Positions 10,129 through 23,200 are shown, counted from the first letter of the stretch. The stretch: DNA of 64,000 nt from Takakia lepidozioides (GCA_030704615.1 CM060731.1:57846001-57910000), one strand, 5' to 3'. Program-made: numbers and translations. Notes: generated by a model not told the origin, from the sequence alone.

Positions 10129-13100
10129 TCACAATGCTTTGCCGACTTTCCTGGCTCGTTTACACCGTCTGCGTGTGAGGGGAGCTGGAGTGGTGGGCAC
10201 AGGGAGGACAGGGCTGCTGCAATCTCCAACTTTGCGTGGGGGTTTGGGCACTGCATATGAAGGCTCGTGCGATGGGTGACCGTCAAGCTCGTGCAAAATC
10301 ATGTCTTGAAGTTCATATCTTTTCTCGCGCACGGCCTCAGTAGGGAACCAGTCTGATGGAGTTGCAAAGAAAGAAGAACAAAGAATGCAAAAGCAAACAA
10401 TGAACAAGCAATGATCATTGTTAGAAATTCATACAATTTTCGTAAGGATATTCATGTTCATTCTACCTGATACATGGATTCAGCACATTGCGCGAGCACA
10501 TGAACGTCCACAACTAAAACAGGCAGCAAATGATCATGTAAACCACGAGCAGTTGCCTCTTACCGGGCCTGCACCACCAGGGTGTGGATTCAAGTACGTT
10601 TGCACTAAGTACAGCTCAATGTAATGAACTACAAACAGACCACACTGCCATGTGTTGGCCTGCTGTGGAACAGGCGGGCAGAACCACCGCTTGAGGTCAG
10701 TCACATCCTTCCACTGGGGGCTTCCTGGGCTGATTCCTCTGACCATGGCCCAGAAAGTAGCAAACAATGGTTTGAAAGCACGATACTTGTGCAAACTTCT
10801 TATGCTATTCAAGTGAAGGTAGCGAGACGGTTCCAAGATAACTAGACTCCAATGGTCACTGCACAGGGGGGCAACAACAACAGGTTAGTCCACATGTAGC
10901 AATGGAGCACGGCCTTCTTCAAAGGTACGGCAACAAGAAGGTATAAATCCATACACATTGTACTCACTTGCATAAAATTGGCACAATAAGGGCTTCAACA
11001 CCCTCACTCCTGAAGAAGGGGAACCGTCTTTGCATCCAAATCCGCACAGAGTCGACTTGATTTGCCTGCTTTGCACAATGATTGCGAAGGCATATCCATG
11101 TGAAGCTATCTACAACACGGATTTTATTGCACACCTGTTCAGGAAGAGAAAGTATTTTAACTGACACCCAGAAGTCCATCAGACGGTCACTAATCCACCC
11201 CCTTGCAGAATGCAAGTCATCTGCATCTTCTAGTCTAAGAGGAACTTGCGAAACCCGAGAGCCCTTCAAAAACCATATGTCATGTGTTTTTGCCACCACT
11301 GCACCACTGGCCTGCCTGCAAAAAAGGCACATACCTCATTGCTATGAGAATCCGCCCACATAATTATGCACATGCGGGCCACTTGCAAACTGTGGATGGA
11401 AGGTATACCATATCATGCATGAAAAAGGGTGCACAGGCGTCACAACTCACAATACGTTTTCGAGGCCTTCATGTATCCTGCACATCCAAGAGCCTGATAT
11501 GTCAATGCATGTGCAACGTCGTACATACACCATTTCCAATCTGGAGAGGAGAGACCGTTAACATTAAAAAAAACCACAATGGCACTGGATACCTGGACAT
11601 GGTTTTGTTGCGCTGCAATGCAAGTGCTGGTTGGGGCAACACATCCTTTGCCTTCGCAGCAACCATGGTATGGATGGGCTTGGATTTGGCAAAGGTGGCA
11701 GTGGTTGCATTTTTATTCCATGCCCGGACGCTGCCATGTACATCACCATGAAATCGTGTAGTAGCCTCTGTACTGTGAGGTGTATCAGCACCATCAAACA
11801 AGATTTGGTAAGGTCGCATGGGCGAAGGCAGTGCAAGAACCATCGCATTGGGGGTGGGAGGCTCCGTCCCATGTTTAAGCACTGAGGTAGCTGGGGTAAC
11901 GGAAGATCCAACAATGCTTACTGCATGTACAATAGCACCCTCATCAGTGGGACATCGCATATTAAGGGGTGGTGGACTTTGGAACTCAGTTATGTCACAG
12001 AGGGTTTCTTCTGAAGTGAAAGAGGCCACAGGGGGAGGCGGTCGACACAATCCAGGAAATACCTGAGTGGCGCTTAGTTCCATTTCAAGTTGAGTCATGG
12101 GACCTGGTTGTGGGCACTGTATGTCGCCACAAGTTTCTTCAGCAGGCAGGATCGTTTGGGCCTGAGGGAGGACAAGATCCGACAGCACATGTTCTACCAC
12201 GACATTGTTAGCCTCATCAGAAGGTGTGGAATTGCATGCCATGTTAGCGGCCAAAATGAGTGCCCCCATGTTCGTATTTGTACTCAGGTGAACGAGTGCG
12301 CTTGACTGCGGTTCAAGGACAGCCGCCTCCTTATGTCCATACTTGGCATTGCAGAAACGTGCCTCATCCCTTGCGAGCCTCTCAATGTGGACCTCATGAA
12401 GGATTTGTCGGGCAGCCTCAAGTTTGTCATGTAGGCTGGATTCCCCGTAGTCAAGACAACCTGCACACCAACATCGGCATTGTGAAAATGTGGTCATGAC
12501 AAGAAATGAAATGAGAACAACACCAGGGACATTGTTAAGAACCACCAGGAACTGAAATGCAGTAGCACGAACCGTGGTAAGGGCAATATACACCTGGTGG
12601 ACAAGGAAGCCAGCCCATGTCGACATCCTCCCGATTCTTCAAAATTTTGTTGAAGTCCTTCAAGGCTTTTTTCTTGCCCCCTGCACCATCAGTTGGTATA
12701 CTCCCACACCACAATATTCTGAAGGCAATAGGATTCAGAACGGCGAGGTCACGCACAGCCCTGCATCGGACCTCGCGCATGAAAAAATGCAGATCTTCAA
12801 AAAGGTGTTCGCAGTCCTCTTTCCGCACTCCCCGAAGGGCTGCAAGCCCTTCACGCACCTGGGTTCGGGCTTCCTCGTATGGGGGCATGCCTCCGTACAG
12901 GAAGTATCCAATCTGCAGGAAAGTCTCACCCACATTTGTAATGGCACACTGGCCATCGTCAGTGTTGAGAAGATGATTTCGGAGAGTTAACAAGATGGAG
13001 TTTCGGGGAATTGACATAGGTTTCATGTTGTGAACGTGTGACATCCAAAAGCGGAATGTTTGGAGGTGGAGCATGGTGGCGAGCAGCCTCAAGAATGACC

Positions 13101-13535
13101 ATCAACCTATCAGATTCATCCTCAGAATGTGTGAACATATCGGGGGGCAACTGAATGAACATCGAAGAACAAAGAAAGATGATTACGTCTTTGGTCACTT
13201 CATTCCCAGACAGACCAGGGATCTTACCTGCTGCAACAATTTGGTACAGAGGGGACCAACCCCAGATTCTCATCATATTGTTCTCTATCCCATTTTGCCA
13301 TGTTGTCGTCAACAAACTGCCTTCTACGAGCCTCCAACTCAGACTGGGTTGCAATTCCTTTCATTTCGAAATCCAGCAATGCCATGGCATACTTGTGATG
13401 TGCCATCACCAGTTGGCATTCCGCCAACTGAGCGGGATGGTCACGAGTTACTCCAGGACGTATGGCAAATAGCTCCACCACATTTTCCACAGCTGTCTTC
13501 TCCTCTAGAGGTGCATCAAATTGCTCCCCCGCCAT
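10129..13535 (-). pseudogene. Transposon cargo: multi-exon protein with a C-terminal Ulp1/Peptidase C48 (SUMO protease) domain
   Basis: GWISDRLMDFW, VVDSFTW, LIVPILCN|DHWSLVIL (spliced across ~10860-10967), LHLNS, PQQANTWQCGLFVVHYIE and WFPTEAVREKR give the Ulp1 H/Q/C catalytic motifs, with the catalytic D replaced by N. Phase-compatible GT-AG junction 11593/11315. The upstream part (12590-13535) is frameshifted. Confidence 0.8.
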
Positions 13536-13686
13536 TGCAGAGTCATGGAGCTGGTCAGTAATAGAGGAAGAGTAACCAAAAACCCTAAACTTGAAAGAAA
13601 ACTTCAAACAAAATGCAAAGACACGCATAATCAAAGAAGGAGTTGTGACCATGACGGTGCAGGCCAAGAAGAAGGTGTGTTACCCG

Positions 13687-14659
13687 TCATTTAAACCACC
13701 ATTGACCAAAAGCGTTGCCCATCATTTGGTCCCCGAACTCAAATTTCCCAATAAGAGCCACAAGACGATTGAGAAAAGAAGGCTCATCCAGAGATGGAAA
13801 TCCGTCGGGCAACAAGTCGAACTTCATCAAATAGGTCAGTCTTGGGCATGAAACAGGTGCGGGTATGGGAGGCACAACAATATCCGAGGTCAGTAGCAAC
13901 GACGCCTTGACAAAGCCTTCCCTTACCTCTTCTCTACTTAGCGGTGCAAGGGTTGTGGACTTAAGAATGTGCACTGGAGGTCTGCCATCTTGTCTACCTG
14001 AAGATGCAACTCCAGCGTGCACTTTGGGTCGAAGACTTTGCTGCGGCACGACAGGAGGTCGTACAAACGTAGAATTTACAATGCGCTCAGATGGAATATT
14101 TTCCTGTGATGGCAGAGGTGCGTCCAATGAGTTCTTTTGAATGCGCTGAGGTCTAACAGTCTGCTGTGGCAGCACAGGTGGCGTCCAACAACTGGACATC
14201 GTCATCGTCATCATCATCGTCAAGGTCCACTCTTGGCTCCTTTCGAAGACTCATGTGCTTCCTGCGCTTAGGTTCTCGTGTAGTCTCTTCTGCCGTCGTC
14301 TCCTCGCGTTCTACCCTCGTCTTCATCAACTTGCAGGAAGGAGGCTTCATCCTGTGCTTATTAAGAACAACCTCCATGATGTGCTTCTGCCCCTTTTCAA
14401 AAATAGGCTAACTTTTCAGTTTAGGCCCACCCTTTCCCACAACAGCATCACAGCCATCTATCCTGTGAATGGTAAGTTTCTTCTTATCTTTATATTGCTT
14501 AAGACAGTGGATACACTTGAATGGCTTCCTATTATCATCACCGGGCTGCTCAACCCTTGCCTCTGAGTGAGCCTCGCATATGAGATTTTCCCACTCATCA
14601 GAGTCGTACGTTTCATTGTATGTCCGACGCGCTTCGCGTATGGAGGATTGTTTCACCAT
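13687..14659 (-). pseudogene. Transposon cargo: C2HC/C2H2 zinc-finger protein with acidic tract (may be the 5' part of the Ulp1 gene)
   Basis: FKCIHCLKQYKDKKKLTIHRIDGC, basic PKRRK, a poly-Asp tract and a Pro-rich region are spread over three frames. A possible acceptor (TGACCAG) near 13552 could join it to the downstream gene. Confidence 0.6.
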
Positions 14660-15264
14660 ATCGGCGCCCACTCCAAATCCACTACCCTCCTCCTGAAGAA
14701 TCCTCCAGCCGAGCAAAGGTTGCTGGAATGTGAAAGCAAGAACTCAAACTAAAACATGAAGCATGCAAATGGACTGCAACAGACATAAATGGCAAGCAAG
14801 AGGAAGAAAATAGCTGCAAATCACACGAATGACTTCCAAATTCTCCAAAAAGAAACCCTATACTCAAGTCGAATGAGTAATCGCTTCACCGCCACAACTC
14901 AGTCAACAGTTTATAACAGCCGCGATACATACTCCTCAAGGAAGTGCTTGTAACACTGCTTCCGCCGGGATCATACATTTCGGGCCATGCAAACGCCAGG
15001 TAGCTTGGAAAACCTGTCCTGTGGCTGCCATGAATTAAATCAATCAAGCATCGACGTGGGGAGTGACAGCTGAAGGGCCGCATTCGAATCGACAGGTCCA
15101 CCATGTGCGTGCGAACTGGACGCGAAAAGCACGAAAGCATGATCATCGCGATCTCCCTACGGCCATATATGAGTATGTGTCACATCCTGTCATGTCAAGC
15201 CGTCCATCATCATGGGTGATTGCAGCACATGGATCAAGTTGCATCCCATCCATCTTTCGTCATG

Positions 15265-15563
15265 CGATGTGTCCCGCGCGCGATGTTGGGTTGTGGTGAC
15301 AGGTGTGATGTGCCACAGAGTTCATGTGGTGTGGTGACGGCCGGCGGGCAGGGCGGGGGCGGGGAGGGCGGGCGGGCAGGGGGATGGGGGTGTGGGGGGG
15401 GCGTGAGGGGTGGGCTGGCGCGGGGGCGAGGGGGCGCCGGGGCGCAGCGACCGCGAGCCGCGCAGGAGCCGGCGAAGGGGGTGCGGCTGGGGTGGCGGGG
15501 GGTGCCACGCAGGCAGGACCGAAAGGGTCGCATTAAACTCCCGGGGCTTTTCTAATGTGCGCC
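15265..15563 (-). repeat. Right terminal inverted repeat (~300 bp, GC-rich, G-runs)
   Basis: Reverse complement of 654-955, with small indels in the G/C-run segment. Confidence 0.95.
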
Positions 15564-16838
15564 TTTCCTTTTTGGCTCTCGCCCTACCGGGTTCGTCAAG
15601 CTGTGCTAGCATCTTACTCCCATACAGGACATGGTACAGCCCACCTACTCCACCCGTGAGCAAATATCCAGATTGATCCAGTATGTAAAACAAGTGAAAT
15701 TTTGGCCAACCCCTTGACTATCTTGGAAGTTGGATTCCCTTCTCCCCAAATGCCAAATTGGGGGATAATGCAAAGAAATAAAGTAACCTCTTCAATGATG
15801 GGTTAGGAGCTCCGCTGGATTTTCGTAACAGAAGAAATAGAATGGTATCTGTACGGAGGCAAGGACGAGGATGGGGTCCATCCCGGGGTGAACCTGTAAG
15901 ATTGCATCAAACTGCATATGCAAGCTGGGTTCCTTATCCAGCTTCGTCATATTTCTAGCAAACCACCCATTAGGAATTTCTTTCCGACCGCTTGCCAGAG
16001 CTGATGTGAATGCTACCAGAAGCTGTCCCCGGATCACATCACTCCTTCCAAGGGATAGCCTACAGGCGGCAGCTCATGAGCGATGGCAGTGTACAAATCC
16101 TTTGGACTGCACCAATTGGGTACAAGTACAGTGTTTCCACACAGCGGCAGGCATGTGGGAAACCCCACAGGATAAAGTCACATGTGGGTTGGTGACCTAC
16201 CATGCCAGATCCACGCTGTAAGTTCCAAGGGAATTATGCAAGCTCCTGCAAATTCCAACTCTGACCGGGAATTTTCCCGCTTGCTGCTGCATCATCTTAC
16301 CCTTGACCAAAGTTCTAATTTGAACAGGTTTTCACTTTGACTCAATAGAGGGAAAGAAAAACACCATTTCTCATATTTTCCTTTCTTCCCAAGAATTGGA
16401 ACCTTGTTTCTGAGCGAAAAGCTCAAACTGACCGAGTCCAAAGCCACAACCACAACTCCAATCCAGCAGGTCCAAGTTGTACATACCATTTCTCTTACTG
16501 GTCTGGTGTCTGGTATCAGAATTTGCTCATACCAGGTGAGGTACGGTGTCACACTTTGATAATTTCATGACACCACCTGGTATGAGTACTAAGGAATTAT
16601 CAGATTTGCACGAAGGGCATCTGGTATGAATAAGCCCCCCAAGTTTGGGTGGGCCCTGTCTATTAGAGGGTGGTCCAGAAATTAAAAAGCTGGGGTTATA
16701 GTAAAAGAAGGCAAAAGGTGACACCTATTAAATAGGGGATGGTTCAGGCAATTGGGGTAAACGCTTATCCCGTGGTGATTTCTAGGGGTGACATGTGTCC
16801 CAGCCTTCTAGAAGGGTCCCACCGGCCTGAGATGTATA

Positions 16839-17418
16839 CCGTCCCTTCCCAACCATTTAGGCATTTTTACGCTTAATAATTGTTAAAAAACGAACAGGCT
16901 GCTTAGGCACGTTTTTCAAACCATATCTTCACATTAGGCATTTTCATGCTATAAGTTTTTTCAATTCGGCACATGAAAAGAGAAAAAATGATTTTCTTAG
17001 GAATAAAATATAAAAAATAAAAACCCAATGCCCATGGGCTTTTTGTCCCTTGCCAATAAGCCCAGCTCAATTCTCTCCTCCAAGCTTGCTTGTAGCTGGC
17101 CTGCATCATGAGTTCCCACTTCATTAGGTTTTTGTACCTTCACCTTCTGGGTGTGCAGCAGTCCACCAGCGAACAAATAGATTGGGATTTGTAGAAAGTT
17201 ATTTCCGCATGCATATATTTGTATTGATTTTTTTTCAATGAAATTTTCGTCTTATTACAAACAACATGAGCAGAGGCTTGATTGCTGGAATTTTTAGGAA
17301 TTAGGCACTTTGGTCCCATAGTTTCTGAGCAATTAGGCCAAAATTTGAAAAATTCCCAAAACGCGTTAGGCACTTTAATTTTGAATTAATTATCGCCTAA
17401 ATGGTTGGTAAGGGACTG
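16839..17418. mobile_element. Tc1/mariner-type MITE (580 bp)
   Basis: Ends CCGTCCCTTCCCAACCATTTAGGC and GCCTAAATGGTTGGTAAGGGACTG form 24-bp TIRs with 2 mismatches. TA flanks both sides; the interior is AT-rich and non-coding. Confidence 0.85.
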
Positions 17419-20243
17419 TATAAAGGAGAGGCCTGCCTCTTACTACTTATTAACTTACTACATACTAAGTTAGTATCTACATAGTGGGCTGTGCTGCACA
17501 GGCAGGGCCCCTAAAAAAACGCAAACATAGATCTATTAATTAATAGGGACAGTGCAGTGAGCTGAAAGCCCCCAATAGGGTGTTTGTTCATGCATGTAAA
17601 AAAATTTGTATCAGCCGCCAGTTCGTAAAACTCAAAACAGCTTAAAGAAATCACATCAATATTCGCGGGTGTCGTGATTCCCCCCTCTTGGTGCAACACT
17701 GTTCATACCAGTGTTGGTCTGGTATCTTGAATTGGAAATACCAGAAGGGTCCTGGTATGTCGTGCTGAATTTTTTTAAGGCAGATAGATTTTCATATTCG
17801 GATTGATTTTTTTCAAAAACCACTCTATGCATACCAGATTCATACTTTAAAAAATCAGGGCTGCATTGAGCAATGGTATCTGAATGTCAATAACCCAGAA
17901 ATATGAACTCGGATATGATATTAAAAAACAATAAAATAAAAATGGTACTGGAATTCAAATTCAAATTCAATATTGAATGGCCATCTAAACTATTCAAATA
18001 GCCATTTGAATATTCAAGAAAACCACAAGGAAACCTGCTCATCTCATAGGATACCAACCCCCATACAATTATACACTGATCAATTGCATCCATAGTGTCT
18101 CGCAAATGTAGATCATAAAGAGGCGCTCATAAACACATGAAACCCGGCATCCATGATGTCTATATGTGCATCTTAACATGCGACCTGCAGGGACGAGGGT
18201 TTGGAGGACCGCCAGGGAACTCCAGAGTAGGGTAGTACAAATGTTTGGGGGAACAGAGAACAGTAGGTTAGGTGAGACCCGGGTTGATACCCGGCGAAAC
18301 CCAGATACCAGACCAACACAGTCGTTTTGTCCCTTGTTCAACTGGTTCGCCTCGTCATCTGGTTCTCATTCTTTTCTGCTCAGCATCACCTTGGACGCCG
18401 CTTTTTCATTGCTCCATTACTCCGTCCTGCCGACATGTGGGGAAGATCGCGCATCCCTCTTTGCTGACGCTGCTTAATTATCATAACTCCGCGCGCTTGG
18501 GTCTTGTTACTAACCGTGCTATTTTTGCAGTAGTTGTATTTTGCAGGTCTTTCCAGCTTCTCCTTGTGTCACTCCTCCGCTCGTGTCTACTATTTCTTCG
18601 AGTCTGTTCTCCTGATCTTAGCAGGAGTAGGCCATTTTCTCATTCGGACTTAGCTAGCAGCTCGCTGGTAAAACAGTAAGCTTGGTCTGAGAGTAGAGCT
18701 TAGCCCCCATGAGCCTGGTTTCGGGGTGCTACCCCATCGCTTGCGCTGTACGTGGCTCATGCCCTCCAGTCTTGGTTATTTTTACTTATGTTAATATGAT
18801 TTAAAAGGCCTCCATCCCCTTTTGTTTAAAAAAAAAAAAACCCAAACAAAGGAAAAAGATGTTCCTAACCAAGGATTCATAAAATGCAACCAAAACCCAA
18901 AATGTCTCCAAATCCACCTCCGCGCATTACCTCTCTCGGAGGGGCTGGGACACTTCCAGGATTACAGCATATTGGGAGCAACCCAGTTCTAAATCTGGTA
19001 TAGCCATAAACCATACCAGTAGGGTTGTGATACCTGTGCTTAGAACTGGGTTGTACCCTGGCCTTAAACCTGGATACCAGACCAACTCTAATACATACCC
19101 ATAGAACTCCATGGATTAAAAAGTTGCAGGTTCCTGCTTTGTATGTGATATGGTTCATAAAATCGATCAATCCTTCAAAATTAATCACCCATGCCACAAT
19201 GAGCCATGAAGGCACCACCAAGCGACTCAGCAAACTAAAAAAAGACCCAGAACAAAACTGAATGGCTTTGTATCTACACAAGCCTTCACAGCCATCCTAA
19301 CAAAACAGCAACTGTACTGGGCACAGTTAGAAACCAAAAACTTGAATATCCAGAAAATGAAAAACGTTAGTTTTGGCCAGTTGAGCTGATAGGCCAAGCA
19401 GAGCAGCTGCTGTTAGTCCAGAGTCATACACACGGATACCATATTGGCTTCGCCAAAAAGCCACTTAAGCTTTCATAAGAAGTCATTGAAACATTGCAGT
19501 TTGACAAATCCCATCTGTTTTCCCTGACAAAACACCCAAAAAGACCATTCTGAGGGACGACTATCATGGGAGTTAGATGGGGACCAGCCCACATTGTCCC
19601 ACACCTTCAATCCCAGGGTCAACAATGCATGCACATGCACCACACTATTGCACTCTAACTCAACAGTAATCTCAGAAGCAAGCGAGTAACAGTCAGGCAC
19701 CCAATTATACATCACCCAGGAGTGGCACAGGCTGGCCCATAAGACCACAACAATGACTGGAAAGGAAATCCAGGTGGGGTGAACAACTGACTTGTCACTT
19801 ATGACCCTAGCCATTTATTGACACAGAGTCTGGGACACAATGGGTTGGCTTGCATTGCCAAGCCTGAAACTTTGAGATGGCCACTTTGGTGAGGATCATA
19901 GGGCTGAAACTTGGCGGCATCAAAGGTGTAACAAGCTCATTAAGAAGTGGATGAGCAAAAACACACATGGCCATAGCCACATAGGTACACCTTCTTACCT
20001 TTACACTAAACTTCTATCAAGAACGTTATTGTTCTAAGAGCTTGATTGAGAAGACCAAAACCCGGCTCGGGCTCAAACAGACTTCATGTTTCAACCTCAC
20101 AATGGTGTTTTTGGGGTTGTCAGAACTCGAGCTAAGGGCTACGCTTATTTTGGGTTGACAGAGGAAACAACAAATGTTGGTGAGATCAAGGAAGAAAGGG
20201 AGCCAGACGGCAACCAAACTATGTGATCACAAAATGCTGCCTG

Positions 20244-23200
20244 CTAGGAGAGAGCAGTGGCAGCAGCCCTCAACCATGCTGCCGCTGCCATCGCACCTGG
20301 ATCTGGAACACTTGCTATAACGTCTGGAGACACATAACTCGATCGGCCAGCCTGCCAACAAGAGGAAAAGTTCAGCTGAATTTTCAGATTTTGGCAGGGT
20401 AAGGCCCTGGAATTAGATAGTTTAATTCAACCCCCTGTACTCTGTGTTGTCAGAGGCAGGTTGATTGGGACGTTCAAACATTTTCAAACAATGTAGCTGA
20501 TACCTGTGCCTGCATGTTCTTGGTAGCCTCTGCACCAGCTGCAGCTGCATCTGCCGCAGAAAGAAATGCCTTTATGGGATCATTCCCTGCAGCTAATTTC
20601 TGCACAACACCCCATACTAAGACATCAGCACAATGCTGCTGTTGCAAATGAAAAACTAGAATGCACTAACTGTGCCAATGAACTAAGAGTTGAAACTGCA
20701 CCAAGCACTGTAGATGAATTGAGTGCTACAGAAGGATCCCGAGAGCCCCCATGGTGAAATTGCTTCAATCTATCATTTTTAGCCTTAGTATGTAACTCAT
20801 TCGTACCTCTTGAAGAGCAGTTGATGCAGGGATAAGTGCATCTAGGAGGGTTCGATGGCCTGCAGATGCCCCACCATATGTGCTTACAGCTGCCACCGCT
20901 GCTTCAAGAGCTGAAGACCCTGAAATATTCCAACAAACCCTCAATTAACATGGCTGTCGGAACAACTACCAAGGGTCTCTCCCCCTTTCATCACAAAACC
21001 AGAGTAAATTCACCAAAGGTGGTACAAAGGACCTAAACTGCGCACGAAGGCCTGCAGATGTTCATGACAGTGATAGTGCCAGTGCAACCGTGCAAACTGA
21101 ATAAGGTACAACTCACATTTTTTTGCAGTGATGGCGCCAGATCCATTTAATTTTAGGCGTACAAATGCTGCTCTACAAAAAATGTCATACCTGCAGGAAT
21201 CACATTTCATGTCATTAGGCAGGTGGGTAGTTTTGTGGGTGCAATTGCAGTCCGTTGCTTATGTCCTAGTTCTATGATGGTGCTATAGAAGTGGTGCTGT
21301 ACAGAGGACCTCCACCACCTCCTCTTTCTGGCATAAAGCATTTATTCGGTGAATATTGACCAAAAGATATGGAGAGGGGTTCAGATGTTTAACAGTTTAC
21401 AGCAACACTCCCAAGTTTGATGCCTAAGTATTGACATCGATGTGGTAGACCATTTGCCACAAGTGGTGTTGCCAAATCTCTTCGAGACAATCGCCATCAT
21501 TCAACGAGTCAAAGTGAGAGCATAACTCATATCAAACGTTGGTGAAGCACAAACATTGGTTACAAACGATTTAGTTTTGAAACCTACACTAAAGAATGCT
21601 ACAGACAGCTCAGAACATAGCATGTCAGATGGAAGTGACACAATCCAGAAGTAGAGATTCTTACAATACACCGCTTGTGCCACCTGCACTTCTCCTTATC
21701 GAGCATCCTATCTCATGGACAGTTGCAGCAGCATCATTAAGAGGATAGCTGCATGATGTGAACTCTCAGCATGAGCAACTCTCCCTCACCATAACTTCAA
21801 CCAGTTTGCTCATCAACTTGTTTACTCAAAAAGCGCCTGACCGGAGAAAGAACTGTGCAAAAAGGTAAAATGTGCAGCATGAAACTATCCTTGGTTGTTA
21901 ACAAGGTGTTGGAGATTATTTTTGATTCTGAACTCCACGTCTTTGTGGCACACAAGGACTCAGCTCACACACAGATTAAACAAAGACAGAATGACGAAGC
22001 CAGATAAAAAGATTGACATGTGGCTCTACCTATGGTATGGCAAGAGTGCAAAGACAAACAAGTAGTAAAACTTACAATTTCTTGAGGTCGTCAAGCACAG
22101 CTTTGGCTCCCTTGGCCATCTGCACATAACATGTAAATCCACTGTCAACTATTCGTCGGGGCTAGGCATACAACTATGCAGAAACTCACTGCAAGAATCC
22201 TCTCTGCATGTCTTTATGACACACAATGAAATTCCAATGTTGTACGCTGTACGTACAGCCCAATACATGGACAATTGCACCGGGCCATCAGACAGGCCAG
22301 AAGTCAAAACATGCTCGCTACGTTATTGACAAGGCAGTGAGAAGAGTATGACGGTCTGTAAGGCTGTCCAGAGGTCCTACCCAACTTTGTCAGAGCACAT
22401 CTCCTCACACCAACTGGAAGCACACTTCTTAGAAACTGGTACCTAAAAGGTGGCAATGGTTGCACCTCCTCAAATCATAACGCCCATGAAGTGCTGACTT
22501 AGAATGCAACCTTCCCGAGGCTATATCTCGGAAACACACTGATATGCCAGTGTCGGATTCATGATCCATGACCAAATGGGACAGATTGTACGAGATCATC
22601 CACTATGGCATGCAATGCTTGCACACACAAGACCGAAATGACCAGCAGATCTTACTGTTGTCCCGCAATCACCATCTCCAACTTTGCTGTCCCATTCGTT
22701 CAATGACTCTTTAAGATCAAGCAGTGCCTGTGCACCTGCATGGATAGCAGCCTCCAATTTCTGCCCTTGAATTGTCAAGTCCAGAGGACGAACTGGAGCC
22801 TGCAAAATATGTGAAAAATGCAAATGAAAAGGATGTAGAAGAAACCTCCAGACATAAAAATCTTTCAATTAATGCGAAGACCAACCTCACCAGCTGGATT
22901 TGGCAATTATTATCTTTCAGTGGCAGTGCAAATACATATCTGGACAAACTGCAGCATAGAGCTGGCATTTTGGTGGGTTATCTGTGACTTCCGCAGTTCC
23001 AGGACATTTCATTCCAACTCAAGATTAATTTTTGATTAACAACACAGATTTTTCAAACGGGAGTTTTCATGAGTAACTGAAGTTCTGAGAGCGAAATACC
23101 ATATTCAGCTTTGCTGGTGCTGGAGGGAGAGCAACAGGCAGAGTAGTTGATGGGCGGGGTCCTGAAGCAATCATGAAGAAGAGAAGACAAGACATGATTA

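Larger units (their letters stand above)
654..15563. mobile_element. Large (14.9 kb) TIR DNA transposon, Mutator/MULE-like, with multiple cargo genes; decayed copy
   Basis: The left end GGCGCACATTAGAAAAGGCCCGGGAGTTTAATGCGAC (654) is the near-perfect reverse complement of the right end GTCGCATTAAACTCCCGGGGCTTTTCTAATGTGCGCC (15563). The match stops exactly at these bases, and TTT flanks both sides (651-653, 15564-15566). The element contains a MULE-type transposase. Confidence 0.93.

Noticed and set aside
640-15575. Canonical 9-11-bp MULE TSD
   Set aside because: The flanks share only TTT.
18300-18840. Possible LINE/SINE 3' end with an A13 tail and a CATGAGCC...GGCTCATG hairpin
   Set aside because: No recognisable RT/zf-RVT motif or convincing TSD.
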